This document shows positions 11,741-25,100 of a stretch of 64,000 nt of DNA, one piece after another. The DNA is from Camelus dromedarius (lineage: Eukaryota). The notes under the pieces were generated by a model. It was given only the letters and a program-made list of their open reading frames with translations, was not told the DNA's origin and made no database searches. Numbering within the stretch: the first letter of the stretch is position 1; each line of letters begins with the position of its first letter. A program made the translations under genes and the position numbers. Location: the NCBI RefSeq assembly GCF_036321535.1, contig NC_087437.1:1426001-1490000 (forward strand), read 5' to 3'.

Positions 11741-14700
11741 CGTTCATCTAGCACAAATGGAACGGTTTGCAAGAGAAATTTTACTTTTGTTTCTCAGTCT
11801 GTTTCCTAGTGCCGGTTTGAAGTTCCTGCAGTTTTCACTGTAATACCGAGTTGGAGTTAGTACCTCCCCTTATATATGTATGGAGTGGAGTTTGGTACTG
11901 AAAAGAAACTTTGTTTTCCTAACAAGCTAGGTGAAGGACGGCTTTCACACACACTTATTTCTCAGAACTGAGCATGTGGAGAGACGTTCGTTCATCTAGC
12001 ACAAAGTGAACGGGTTGCAGGAGAAACTTTTACTCTGGATTCTCAGTCTGTTTCCTAGTGCCGGTTTAGAGTTCCTTCAGGTTTCACTGTAAAACCGAGT
12101 TGGAGTTAGTACCTCCCCATATATATGTATGGAGTGGAGTTTGGTACTGAAAAGAAACTTTGTGTTCCCAACAAGCTAGTTGAAGGACGGCTTTCACACA
12201 CACTTATCTCTCAGAACTGAGCATGGGGAGAGACGTTCGTTCATCTAGCAAAAAGGGAACGTGTTGCAGGATAACCTTTTACTCTAGTTTCTCAGTCTGT
12301 TTTCTAGTGCCGGTTTGATGTTCCTGCAGTTCTCACTGTAAAACCGATTTGGAGCTACAACCTCCCCATTTATATATATGGATTAGAGTTTTCAACACAA
12401 AGGAAACCTTTTGTTCCCCATATACTAGGTGAAGAAAGGCTTTCACACACATTTATCTCTCAGAAATGAGCATGTGGGAGACGTTCGTTCCTCTAGCACA
12501 AAGGGATCGAGTTGCTGTAGAAAATTTTTCTCTGGTTTCTCAGTGTGTTTCCTATTGCCGGGTTCAAGTTCCTGCAGTTTTCACTGTAAATACTAATTGG
12601 AGCTAGTAACTCCCCATATATATGTATGGAGTGGAGTTGGTAACTGAAAAGAAACTTTGTGTTCCCAACAAGCTAGTTGAAGGACGGCTTTCACACACAC
12701 TTATCTCTCAGAACTGAACATGTGGAGAGACGCTCTTTCATCTATCACAATGGGAAAGGTTTGCATTAGAAACTTTTACTCTGGTTTCTCTGTCTGTTTC
12801 CTAGTGACGATTTGAAGTTCCTGCTTTTTTCACTGTAAAACCGAGTTGGAGCTTGTACCTCCCCATATATGTGTATGGAGTGGCGTTGGCAACTGAAAAG
12901 AAACTATGGGTTCCCAACAAGCTAGGTGAAGGACGGCTTTCACACACAATTTTCTCTCAGAACTGAGCATGTGGCGAGACGTTCGTTCATCTAGCACAAT
13001 GGGATTGGGTTGTTTTAGAAACTTTTACTCTGTTTTCTCAGATTCTTTCCTAGTGCCGATTTGAAGTTCATGCAGTTTTCACTGTAAAACCGACTTGGAG
13101 CTAGTACCTCCCCATATATATATATGGAGAGCAGATTGCAACTGAAAAGAGACTTTGTGTTCCCAACAAGCAAGGTGAAGTACGGCTTTCACACACACTA
13201 TCTTTCAGAACTGAGCATGTGGAGAGAAGTTCGTTCATCTAGCACAAATGGAACGGGTTGCAGGAGAAACATTTACTCTGGTTTCTCAGTCTGTTTCCTA
13301 GTGCCGGTTTGAAGTTCCTGCAGTTTTCATTGTAAAACCGAGTAGGAGCTTGTACCTCCCCATATATATGTATGGAGAGGAGTTTGCAACTGAAAGGAAA
13401 CTTTGTGTTCCCAACATACTTGGTGAAGGACTTCTTTCACACACATTTATCTCTCAGAAATAAGCATGTGGAGTAAATTTCGATCACCAAGCACAAAGGG
13501 ATCGAGTTGCAGTAGAAACATTTACTCTGGTTTCTCAGTCTGTTTCCCAGTGACGATTTGAAGTACCTGCTTTTTTCACTGTAAAACCGAGTTGGAGCTA
13601 TTATCTCCGCATATATATGTATGGATTGGAGTTGGCACATGAAAAGAAATTTTGTGTTTCCAACAAGCTAGTTGAAGGTCAGCTTTCACACACACTTATC
13701 TCTCAGAACTGAGCATGTGGAGAGACGTTCGTTCATCTAGCACAAAGTGAACGGGTTGCAGGAGAAACTTTCACTCTGGTTTCTCAGTCTGTTTCCTAGT
13801 GCCGGTTTGATGTTCCTGCAGTTTACACTATAAACCGGAGTTTGAGTTATTACCTACCCATATAAGTGTATGGAGTGGAGTTTGCACATGAAAAGAAACT
13901 TTGTGTTCCCAACAAGCTAGGTGAAGGACCGCTTTCACACACACTTATCTCTCAGAACTGCGAATGTTTAGAGACTTTCGTCCATCTAGCACAAATGGAA
14001 CGGGTTGCAGGAGAAACTTTTACTCTGGTTTCTCAGTCATTTTCCTAGTGCCGGTTTGAAGTTCCTGCAGTTTTCACTGTAAAACAGATTTGGAGCTAGT
14101 ACCTCCCCTTATATATGTATGGAGAGAAATTTGCAACTGAAAGGAGACATTGTATTCCCAACACGCTACGTTAAAGACGGCAATCACACACACATATATC
14201 TCAGAACTGTGCATGTGGAGAGACGTTCGTTCATCTAGCACAAATGGAAAGGTTTGCAGGAGAAATTTTACTTTTGTTTCTCAGTCTGTTTCCTAGTGCC
14301 GGTTTGAAGTTCCTGCAGTTTTCACTGTAAAACCGAGTTGGAGATTTTACCACCCTATATATATGTATGGATAGGAGTTTGCAACTGAAAATAAACTTTG
14401 TGTTCCCAACAAGCTAGTTGAATGACGGCTTTCACACACACTTATCTCTCAGAACTGAGCATGTGGAGAGAAGTTCGTTCATCTAGCACAAAGGGAACGT
14501 GTTGCAAGAGAACCTTTTACTCTGGTTTCTCAGTCTGTTTCCTAGTGCCGGTTTGAGGTTCCTGCAGTTTTCACAGTAAAACCGATTTGGAGCTAGTAAA
14601 TCCCCATATATATATATGGATTGCAGTTTGCAACAGAAATGAATCTTTGTCTTCCCAACATTCTAGGTGAAGGAAGGCTTTCACACACATTTATCTCTCA

Positions 14701-17700
14701 GAACTGAGCATGTGGAGAGACGTTCGTTCATCTAGCACAAAGGGAACGGGTTGCAGGAGAAACTTTTACTCTGGTTTCACAGTCTGTTTACTAGTGCCGG
14801 TTTGTCGTTCCTGCAGTTTTCACTGTAAAACCGAGTTTGAGCTATTACCTCCCCATATATATGTATGGTGTGGAGATGGCACCTGAAAACAAACTGTGTT
14901 GTCAGCAAGCTATGTGTAGGACTGCATTCACACACACTTATCGCTCAGAACTTAGCATATGGAGAGACGTTCTTTCATCTTTCAGAAAGGGAACGGGTTG
15001 CAAGAGAAAGTTTTACTCTGGTTTCTTAGTCTGTTTCCTAGTGCCGATTTGAAGTTCCTGCAGTTTTCACTGTAAAACCGATTTGGAGATAGTTCCTCCC
15101 CATATATATGTATTGAGGGGAGTTTGCAACAGAAAGGAAACTTTATGTTCCCAACAAGCCAGGTGAAGTACGGCTTTCACACATATTTTTCACTCAGAAA
15201 TGAGCATGTGGAGAGACTTTCGTTCATCTAGCACAAAGGGAACGGGTTGCAGTAGAAACTTTTACTCTGGTTTCTCAGTCATTTTCCTAGTGCCGGTTTG
15301 AAGTTCCTGCAGTTTTCACTGTAAAAATGAGTTGGAGATAGTTCCTCCCCATATATATGTATGGAGTGGATTTTGCAACTGAAAAGAAACTTTGTGTTCA
15401 CAACAAGCTAGTTGAAGGACGGCTTTCACACACACTTATCTCTCAGAACTGAGCATGTGGAGAGAATTTCGTTCATCTAGCACAAAGGGAAAGGTTTGCA
15501 GTAGAAACATTTACTCTGGTTTCTCAGTCGGTTTCCTAGTGCTGGTTTGAAGTTCCTGCAGTTTTCACTGTAAAACAGATTTGGAGCAAGTACCTCCCCA
15601 TATATAATTATGGAGAGAAATTTGCAACTGGAAGGAGACTTTGTATTCCCAACAAGCTACGTTAAAGACGGCCATCACACACACTTATATCTCAGATCTG
15701 TGCATGTGGAGATACGTTCGTTCATCTAGCACAAATGGAACGGTTTGCAGGAGAAATTTTACTTTTGTTTCTCAGTCTGTTTCCTTGTGCCGGTTTGAAG
15801 TTCCTGCAGTTTTCACTGTAAAACCGAGTTGGAGATTTTACCACCCAATATATATGTATGGATAAGAGTTTGCAACTGAAAAGAAACTTTGTGTTCCCAA
15901 CAAGCTAGGTGAAGGACGGCTTTCACACCCACTTATGTCTCAGAACTGAGCATGTGGAGAGACGTTCGTTCATCTAGCATAAAGGGAACGGGTTACAGGA
16001 GAAAATTTTACTCTGGTTTCTCAGTCTGTTTCCTAGTGCTGGTTTGAATTTCCTGCAGTTTTCACTGTAAAACCGATTTGGAGCTAGTACCTCCCCATAT
16101 ATATGTATGGAGAGTTGTTTGCAACTGAAAGGAAACTTTGTTTTCCCAACATACTAGGTGAAGTTCGGCGTTCAAACACATTTATCTCTCAGAAATAAGA
16201 ATGTGGAGTAACGTTCGATCACCAAGCACAAAGGGATCGGGTTGCCGTAGAAACTTTTACTCTGGTTTCTCAGTCTGTTTCCTAGTGACGATTTGAATTT
16301 CCTGCAATTTTCACTGTAAAACCGAGTTGGAGCTTGTATCTCCCCATATATATGTATGGAGTGGCGTTGGCAACTGAAAAGAATCTATGTGTTCCCAACA
16401 AGCTAGGTGAAGGACGGCTTTCACACACACTTATCTCTCAGAACTGAGCATGTGGAGAGAAGTTCGTTCATCTAGCACAAAGGGAAAGGTTTGCAGTAGA
16501 TACTTTTACTCTGGTTTCTCAGTCTGTTTCCTAGTGCTGGTTTGAATTTCCTGCAGTTTTCACTGTAAAACAGAGTGGGATCTAGTACATACCCATATAT
16601 ATGTATGGAGAGCAGTTTTCAACTGAAAGAAGACTTTGTGTTCCCAACAAGCAAGGTGAAGTACGGATTTCACACACACTATCCCTCAGAACTGAGCATG
16701 TGGAGAGACGTTCGTTCATCTAGCACAAACGGATCGGTTTCCAGGAGTAACTTTTACTCTGGTTTCTCAGTCTGTTTCCTAGTGCCGGTTTGAAGTTCCT
16801 GCATTTTTCGCAGTAAAAGCGAGTTGGAGCTAGTACCACACCATATATATATATGGAGTGGAATTTGTAAATGGAAATAATCTTTGTGTTCCCAACAAGC
16901 TAGGTGTAGGACAGCTTTCACAAACACTTATCTCTCAAAACTGAGCATGTGGAGAGACATTCGTTCATCTAGCACAAAGGGAACGGGTTGCAGGAGAAAC
17001 TTTTACTGTGGTTTCTCAGTCTGTTTCCTAGTGCCGGTTTGAAGTTCTTGCAGTTTTCACTGTAAAACCGAGTTGGAGATAGTTCCTCCCCATATATATG
17101 TATTGAGTGGAGTTTGCAACTGAAAGGAATCTTTATGTTCCCAACAAGCCTGGTGAAAAACGGCTTTCACACACATTTTTCTCTCAGAAATGAGCATTTG
17201 GAGAGACATTCGTTCATCTAGCACAAAGGGAATGGGTTGCAGGAGAAACTTTTACTCTGGTTTCTCAGTCTGTTTCCTAGGGCCGGTTTGAAGTTCCTGC
17301 AGTTTACACTATAAAACCGAGTTGGAGTTATAACCTCCCCATATATGTGTATGGAGTGGAGTTTGCACATGAAAAGAAAATTTGTGTTCCCAACAAGGTA
17401 GGTGAAGGATGGCTTTCACACACATTATCTCTCAGAACTGCGAATATTTAGAGACTTTCGTTCATCTAGCACAAAGGGAACGGGTTGCAGGAGAAAATTT
17501 TACTCTGGTTTCTCAGTCTGTTTCCTAGTGCTGGTTTGAAGTTCCTGCAGTTTTCACTGTAAAACCGAGTTGGAGCTAGTATCTCCCCATATATATTTAT
17601 GGAGAGCTGTTTGCATTTGAATGGAAACTTTGTTTTCCCAACATACTAGGTGAAGTTCGGCTTTCACACACATTACTCTCTCAGAAATAAGAATGTGGAA

Positions 17701-20700
17701 TAACGTTCGATCACCAAGCACAAATGGATCGGGTTGCAGTAGAAATTATACTCTGGTCTCTCAGTCTGTTTCCTAGTGACGATTTGATTTTCCCACATTT
17801 TTCACTGTAAAACCGAGTTGGAGCTTGTACTTCCCATATATATGTATGGAGTGGCGTTGGCAAATGAAAAGAAACTATGTGTTCCAAACAAGCTAGGTGA
17901 AGGTCGGCTTTCACACACAAATATCTCTCAGAAATGAGCATGTGGAGAGACTTTCATTCATCTAGCACAATGGGAATGTGTTGTAGGAGAAACTTTAATT
18001 CTGGTTTCTCAGTCTATTTCCTAGTGCCGATTTGAAGTTCCTGCAGTTTTCACTGTAAACCCGACTTGGAGCTAGTACCTCCCCATATATATTTATGGTG
18101 TGGATTTTGCAACTGAAAGGAGACTTTGTGTTCCCAAAAAGTTAGGTGAAGTACGGCTTTCACACACACTTATCTCTCAGAACTGAGCATGTGAAGAGAC
18201 GTTCGTTCATCTAGCACAAAGGGAACGGGTTGCAGGAGAAACTTTTACTCTGGTTTCTCAGTCTGTTTCCTAGTGCTGGTTTGAAGTTCCTGCAATTTTC
18301 ACTGTAAAAACGAGTTGGAGCTTGTACATACCCATATATATATAAGGAGAGGAGTTTGCATCTTAACGGAGAATTTGTGTTCCCAACAAGCTAGCTGAAG
18401 GACGGCTTTCACACACACTTATCTCTCAGAACTTAGCATGTGGAGAGACGATCGTTCATCTAGCACAAAGGGAACGGTTTGCAGGAGAAACTTTTACTCT
18501 GGTTTCTCAGTCTGTTTCCTAGTGCCGGTTTGAGGTTCCTTCATTTTTCACTGTAAAACAGAGTTGGAGTTATTACCTCCCCATATATGTGTATGGAGTG
18601 GAGTTTGCACATGAAAAGAAACTTTGTGTTCCCAACAAGCTAGGTGAAGGACGGCTTTCACACACATTATCTCTCAGAACTGCGAATATTAAGAGACATT
18701 CGTTCATCTAGCACAAAGGGATCGGGTTTCAGTAGAAACTTTTACTCTGGATTCTCAGTCAGTTTCCTAGTGCCGGTGTGAAGTTCCTGCAGTTTTCAGT
18801 GTAAAACCGAGTAGGAGCTTGTACCTCCTCATATATATGTATGAAGAGGAGTTTGCAACTGAAAGGAAACATTGTGTTCCCTACATACTAGGTGAAGGAC
18901 GGCTTTCACACACATTTATCTCTCAGAATTAAGCATGTGGAGTAACGTTTGATCACCAAGCAAACAGGGATCTGTTTGCAGTAGAAACTTTACTCTGGTT
19001 TCTCAGTCTGTTTCCCAGTGATGATTTTAATTTCCTGCTTTTTTCACTGTAAAACCGAGTTGGAGCTATTATCACCCCATATATATGTATGGATTGGAGT
19101 TGGCTCATGAAAAGAAATTTTGTGTTCCCAACAAGCTAATTGAAGGACAGCTTTCACACACACTTATCTCTCAGAACTGAGCATGTGGAGAGATGTTCGT
19201 TCATCTAGCACAAAGGGAACGTGTTGCAAGAGAACCTTTTACTCTGGTTTCTCAGTCTGTTTCCTAGTGCCGGTTTGAGGTTCCTGCAGTTTTCACAGTA
19301 AAACCGATTTGGAGCTAGTAAATCCCCATATATATATATGGATTGCAGTTTGCAACAGAAATGAATCTTTGTCTTCCCAACATTCTAGGTGAAGGAAGGC
19401 TTTCACACACATTTATCTCTCAGAACTGAGCATGTGGAGAGACGTTCGTTCATCTAGCACAAAGGGAACGGGTTGCAGGAGAAACTTTTACTCTGGTTTC
19501 ACAGTCTGTTTACTAGTGCCGGTTTGTCGTTCCTGCAGTTTTCACTGTAAAACCGAGTTTGAGCTATTACCTCCCCATATATATGTATGGTGTGGAGATG
19601 GCACCTGAAAACAAACTGTGTTGTCAGCAAGCTATGTGTAGGACTGCATTCACACACACTTATCGCTCAGAACTTAGCATATGGAGAGACGTTCTTTCAT
19701 CTTTCAGAAAGGGAACGGGTTGCAAGAGAAAGTTTTACTCTGGTTTCTTAGTCTGTTTCCTAGTGCCGATTTGAAGTTCCTGCAGTTTTCACTGTAAAAC
19801 CGATTTGGAGATAGTTCCTCCCCATATATATGTATTGAGGGGAGTTTGCAACAGAAAGGAAACTTTATGTTCCCAACAAGCCAGGTGAAGTACGGCTTTC
19901 ACACATATTTTTCACTCAGAAATGAGCATGTGGAGAGACTTTCGTTCATCTAGCACAAAGGGAACGGGTTGCAGTAGAAACTTTTACTCTGGTTTCTCAG
20001 TCATTTTCCTAGTGCCGGTTTGAAGTTCCTGCAGTTTTCACTGTAAAAATGAGTTGGAGATAGTTCCTCCCCATATATATGTATGGAGTGGATTTTGCAA
20101 CTGAAAAGAAACTTTGTGTTCACAACAAGCTAGTTGAAGGACGGCTTTCACACACACTTATCTCTCAGAACTGAGCATGTGGAGAGAATTTCGTTCATCT
20201 AGCACAAAGGGAAAGGTTTGCAGTAGAAACATTTACTCTGGTTTCTCAGTCGGTTTCCTAGTGCTGGTTTGAAGTTCCTGCAGTTTTCACTGTAAAACAG
20301 ATTTGGAGCAAGTACCTCCCCATATATAATTATGGAGAGAAATTTGCAACTGAAAGGAGACTTTGTATTCCCAACAAGCTACGTTAAAGACGGCCATCAC
20401 ACACACTTATATCTCAGATCTGTGCATGTGGAGATACGTTCGTTCATCTAGCACAAATGGAACGGTTTGCAGGAGAAATTTTACTTTTGTTTCTCAGTCT
20501 GTTTCCTTGTGCCGGTTTGAAGTTCCTGCAGTTTTCACTGTAAAACCGAGTTGGAGATTTTACCACCCAATATATATGTATGGATAAGAGTTTGCAACTG
20601 AAAAGAAACTTTGTGTTCCCAACAAGCTAGGTGAAGGACGGCTTTCACACCCACTTATGTCTCAGAAATGAGCATGTGGAGAGACGTTCGTTCATCTAGC

Positions 20701-22154
20701 ATAAAGGGAACGGGTTGCAGGAGAAAATTTTACTCTGGTTTCTCAGTCTGTTTCCTAGTGCTGGTTTGAATTTCCTGCAGTTTTCACTGTAAAACCGATT
20801 TGGAGCTAGTACCTCCCCATATATATGTATGGAGAGTTGTTTGCAACTGAAAGGAAACTTTGTTTTCCCAACATACTAGGTGAAGTTCGGCGTTCAAACA
20901 CATTTATCTCTCAGAAATAAGAATGTGGAGTAACGTTCGATCACCAAGCACAAAGGGATCGGGTTGCCGTAGAAACTTTTACTCTGGTTTCTCAGTCTGT
21001 TTCCTAGTGACGATTTCAATTTCCTGCAATTTTCACTGTAAAACCGAGTTGGAGCTTGTATCTCCCCATATATATGTATGGAGTGGCGTTGGCAACTGAA
21101 AAGAATCTATGTGTTCCCAACAAGCTAGGTGAAGGACGGCTTTCACACACAAATATCTCTCAGAACTGAGCATGTGGAGAGACTTTCGTTCATCTAGCAC
21201 AATGTGAATGTGTTGTAGGAGAAACTTTTATTCTGGTTTCTCAGTCTATTTCCTAGTGCCGATTTGAAGTTCCTGAAATTTTCAGTGTAAACCGACTTGG
21301 AGCTAGTACCTCCCCATATATATGTATGGTGTGGATTTTGCAACTGAAAGCAGACTTTGTGTTCCCAACAAGTTAGGTGAAGAACGGCTTTCACACACAC
21401 TTATCTCTCAGAACTGAGCATGTGGAGAGACGTTCGTTCATCTAGCACAAAGGGAACGGGAAGCAGGAGAAACTTTTACTCTGGTTTCTCAGTCTGTTTC
21501 CTAGTGCCGGTTTGAAGATCCTGCAATTTTCACTGTAAAACCGAGTTGGAGCTTGTACATCCCCATATATATGTAAGGAGAGGAGTTTGCATCTTAACGG
21601 AGACTTTGTTTTCCCAACAAGCTAGCTGAAGGACTGCTTTCACACACACTTATCTCTCAGAAATGAGCTTGTGGAGAGACGTTCGTTCATCTAGCACAAA
21701 GGGAACGGGTTGCAGGAGAAACTTTTACTCTGGTTTCTCAGTCTGTTTCCTAGTGCCGGTTTGAAGTTCCTGCAGTTTTCACTGTAAAACAGATTTGGAG
21801 CTAGTACCTCCCCATATATATGTATGGAGAGAAATTTGCAACTGAAAGGAGACATTGTATTCCCAACACGCTACGTTAAAGACGGCAATCACACACACAT
21901 ATATCTCAGAACTGTGCATGTGGAGAGACGTTCGTTCATCTAGCACAAATGGAACGGTTTGCAAGACAAATTTTACTTTTGTTTCTCAGTCTGTTTCCTA
22001 GTGCCGGTTTGAAGTTCCTGCAGTTTTCACTGTAATACCGAGTTGGAGTTAGTACCTCCCTATATATATGTATGGAGTGGAGTTTGGTACTGAAAAGAAT
22101 CTTTGTTTTCCTAACAAGCTAGGTGAAGGACGGCTTTCACACACACTTATTTCT

Positions 22155-25100
22155 CAGAACTGAGCATGTGGAGAGACGTTCGTTCATCTAGCACAAAGTG
22201 AACGGGTTGCAGGAGAAACTTTTACTCTGGATTCTCAGTCTGTTTCCTAGTGCCGGTTTAGAGTTCCTTCAGTTTTCACTGTAAAACCGAGTTGGAGTTA
22301 GTACCTCCCCATATATATGTATGGAGTGGAGTTTGGTAATGAAAAGAAACTTTGTGTTCCCAACAAGCTAGTTGAAGGACTGCTTTCACACACACTTATC
22401 TCTCAGAACTGAGCATGGGGAGAGACGTTCGTTCATCTAGCAAAAAGGGAACGTGTTGCAGGATAACCTTTTACTCTAGTTTCTCAGTCTGTTTTCTAGT
22501 GCCGGTTTGATGTTCCTGCAGTTCTCACTGTAAAACCGATTTGGAGCTACAACCTCCCCATTTATATATATGGATTAGAGTTTTCAACACAAAGGAAACC
22601 TTTTGTTCCCCATATACTAGGTGAAGAAAGGCTTTCACACACATTTATCTCTCAGAAATAAGCATGTGGGAGACGTTCGTTCCTCTACCACAAAGGGATC
22701 GAGTTGCTGTAGAAAATTTTTCTCTGGTTTCTCAGTGTGTTTCCTATTGCCGGGTTCAAGTTCCTGCAGTTTTCACTGTAAATACTAATTGGAGCTAGTA
22801 ACTCCCCATATATATGTATGGAGTGGAGTTGGTAACTGAAAACAAACTTTGTGTTCTCAACAAGCTAGTTTAAGGACGGCTTTCACACACACTTATCTCT
22901 CAGAACTGAGCATGTGGAGAGACGCTCTTTCATCTATCACAATGGGATAGGTTTGCATTAGAAACTTTTACTCTGGTTTCTCTGTCTGTTTCCTAGTGAC
23001 GATTTGAAGTTCCTGCTTTTTTCACTGTAAAACCGAGTTGGAGCTTGTACCTCCCCATATATGTGTATGGAGTGGCGTTGGCAACTGAAAAGTAACTATG
23101 GGTTCCCAACAAGCTAGGTGAAGGACGGCTTTCACACACAATTTTCTCTCAGAACTGAGCATGTGGCGAGACGTTCTTTCATCTAGCACAATGGGATTGG
23201 GTTGTTTTAGAAACTTTTACTCTGTTTTCTCAGATTCTTTCCTAGTGCCGATTTGAAGTTCATGCAGTTTTCACTGTAAAACCGAGTTGGAGCTAGTACC
23301 TCCCCATATATATATATGGAGAGCAGATTGCAACTGAAAAGAGACTTTGTGTTCCCAACAAGCAAGGTGAAGTACGGCTTTCACACACACTATCTTTCAG
23401 AACTGAGCATGTGGAGAGAAGTTCGTTCATCTAGCACAAATGGAACGGGTTGCAGGAGAAACATTTACTCTGGTTTCTCAGTCTGTTTCCTAGTGCCGGT
23501 TTGAAGTTCCTGCAGTTTTCATTGTAAAACCGAGTAGGAGCTTGTACCTCCCCATATATATGTATGGAGAGGAGTTTGCAACTGAAAGGAAACTTTGTGT
23601 TCCCAACATACTTGGTGAAGGACTTCTTTCACACACATTTATCTCTCAGAAATAAGCATGTGGAGTAAATTTCGATCACCAAGCACAAAGGGATCGAGTT
23701 GCAGTAGAAACATTTACTCTGGTTTCTCAGTCTGTTTCCCAGTGACGATTTGAAGTACCTGCTTTTTTCACTGTAAAACCGAGTTGGAGCTATTATCTCC
23801 GCATATATATGTATGGATTGGAGTTGGCACATGAAAAGAAATTTTGTGTTTCCAACAAGCTAGTTGAAGGTCAGCTTTCACACACACTTATCTCTCAGAA
23901 CTGAGCATGTGGAGAGACGTTCGTTCATCTAGCACAAAGTGAACGGGTTGCAGGAGAAACTTTCACTCTGGTTTCTCAGTCTGTTTCCTAGTGCCGGTTT
24001 GATGTTCCTGCAGTTTACACTATAAAACGGAGTTTGAGTTATTACCTACCCATATAAGTGTATGGAGTGGAGTTTGCACATGAAAAGAAACTTTGTGTTC
24101 CCAACAAGCTAGGTGAAGGACCGCTTTCACACACACTTATCTCTCAGAACTGCGAATGTTTAGAGACTTTCGTCCATCTAGCACAAGTGGAAGGGGTTGC
24201 AGGAGAAACTTTTACTCTGGTTTCTCAGTCTGTTTCCTAGTGCCGGTTTGAAGTTCCTGCAGTTTTCACTGTAAAACAGATTTGGAGCTAGTACCTCCCC
24301 ATATATATGTATGGAGAGAAATTTGCAACTGAAAGGAGACATTGTATTCCCAACACGCTACGTTAAAGACGGCAATCACACACACATATATCTCAGAACT
24401 GTGCATGTGGAGAGACGTTCGTTCATCTAGCACAAATGGAACGGTTTGCAGGAGAAATTTTACTTTTGTTTCTCAGTCTGTTTCCTAGTGCCGGTTTGAA
24501 GTTCCTGCAGTTTTCACTGTAAAACCGAGTTGGAGATTTTACCACCCTATATATATGTATGGATAGGAGTTTGCAACTGAAAATAAACTTTGTGTTCCCA
24601 ACAAGCTAGTTGAATGACGGCTTTCACACACACTTATCTCTCAGAACTGAGCATGTGGAGAGAAGTTCGTTCATCTAGCACAAAGGGAAAGGTTTGCAGT
24701 AGATACTTTTACTCTGGTTTCTCAGTCGGTTTCCTAGTGCTGGTTTGAATTTCCTGCAGTTTTCACTGTACAACAGAGTGGGATCTAGTACATGCCCATA
24801 TATATGTATGGAGAGCAGTTTTCAACTGAAAGAAGACTTTGTGTTCCCAACAAGCAAGGTGAAGTACGGATTTCACACACACTATCCCTCAGAACTGAGC
24901 ATGTGGAGAGACGTTCGTTCATCTAGCACAAACGGATCGGTTTCCAGGAGTAACTTTTACTCTGGTTTCTCAGTCTGTTTCCTAGTGCCGGTTAGAAGTT
25001 CCTGCATTTTTCGCAGTAAAAGCGAGTTGGAGCTAGTACCACACCATATATATATATGGAGTGGAATTTGTAAATGGAAATAATCTTTGTGTTCCCAACA

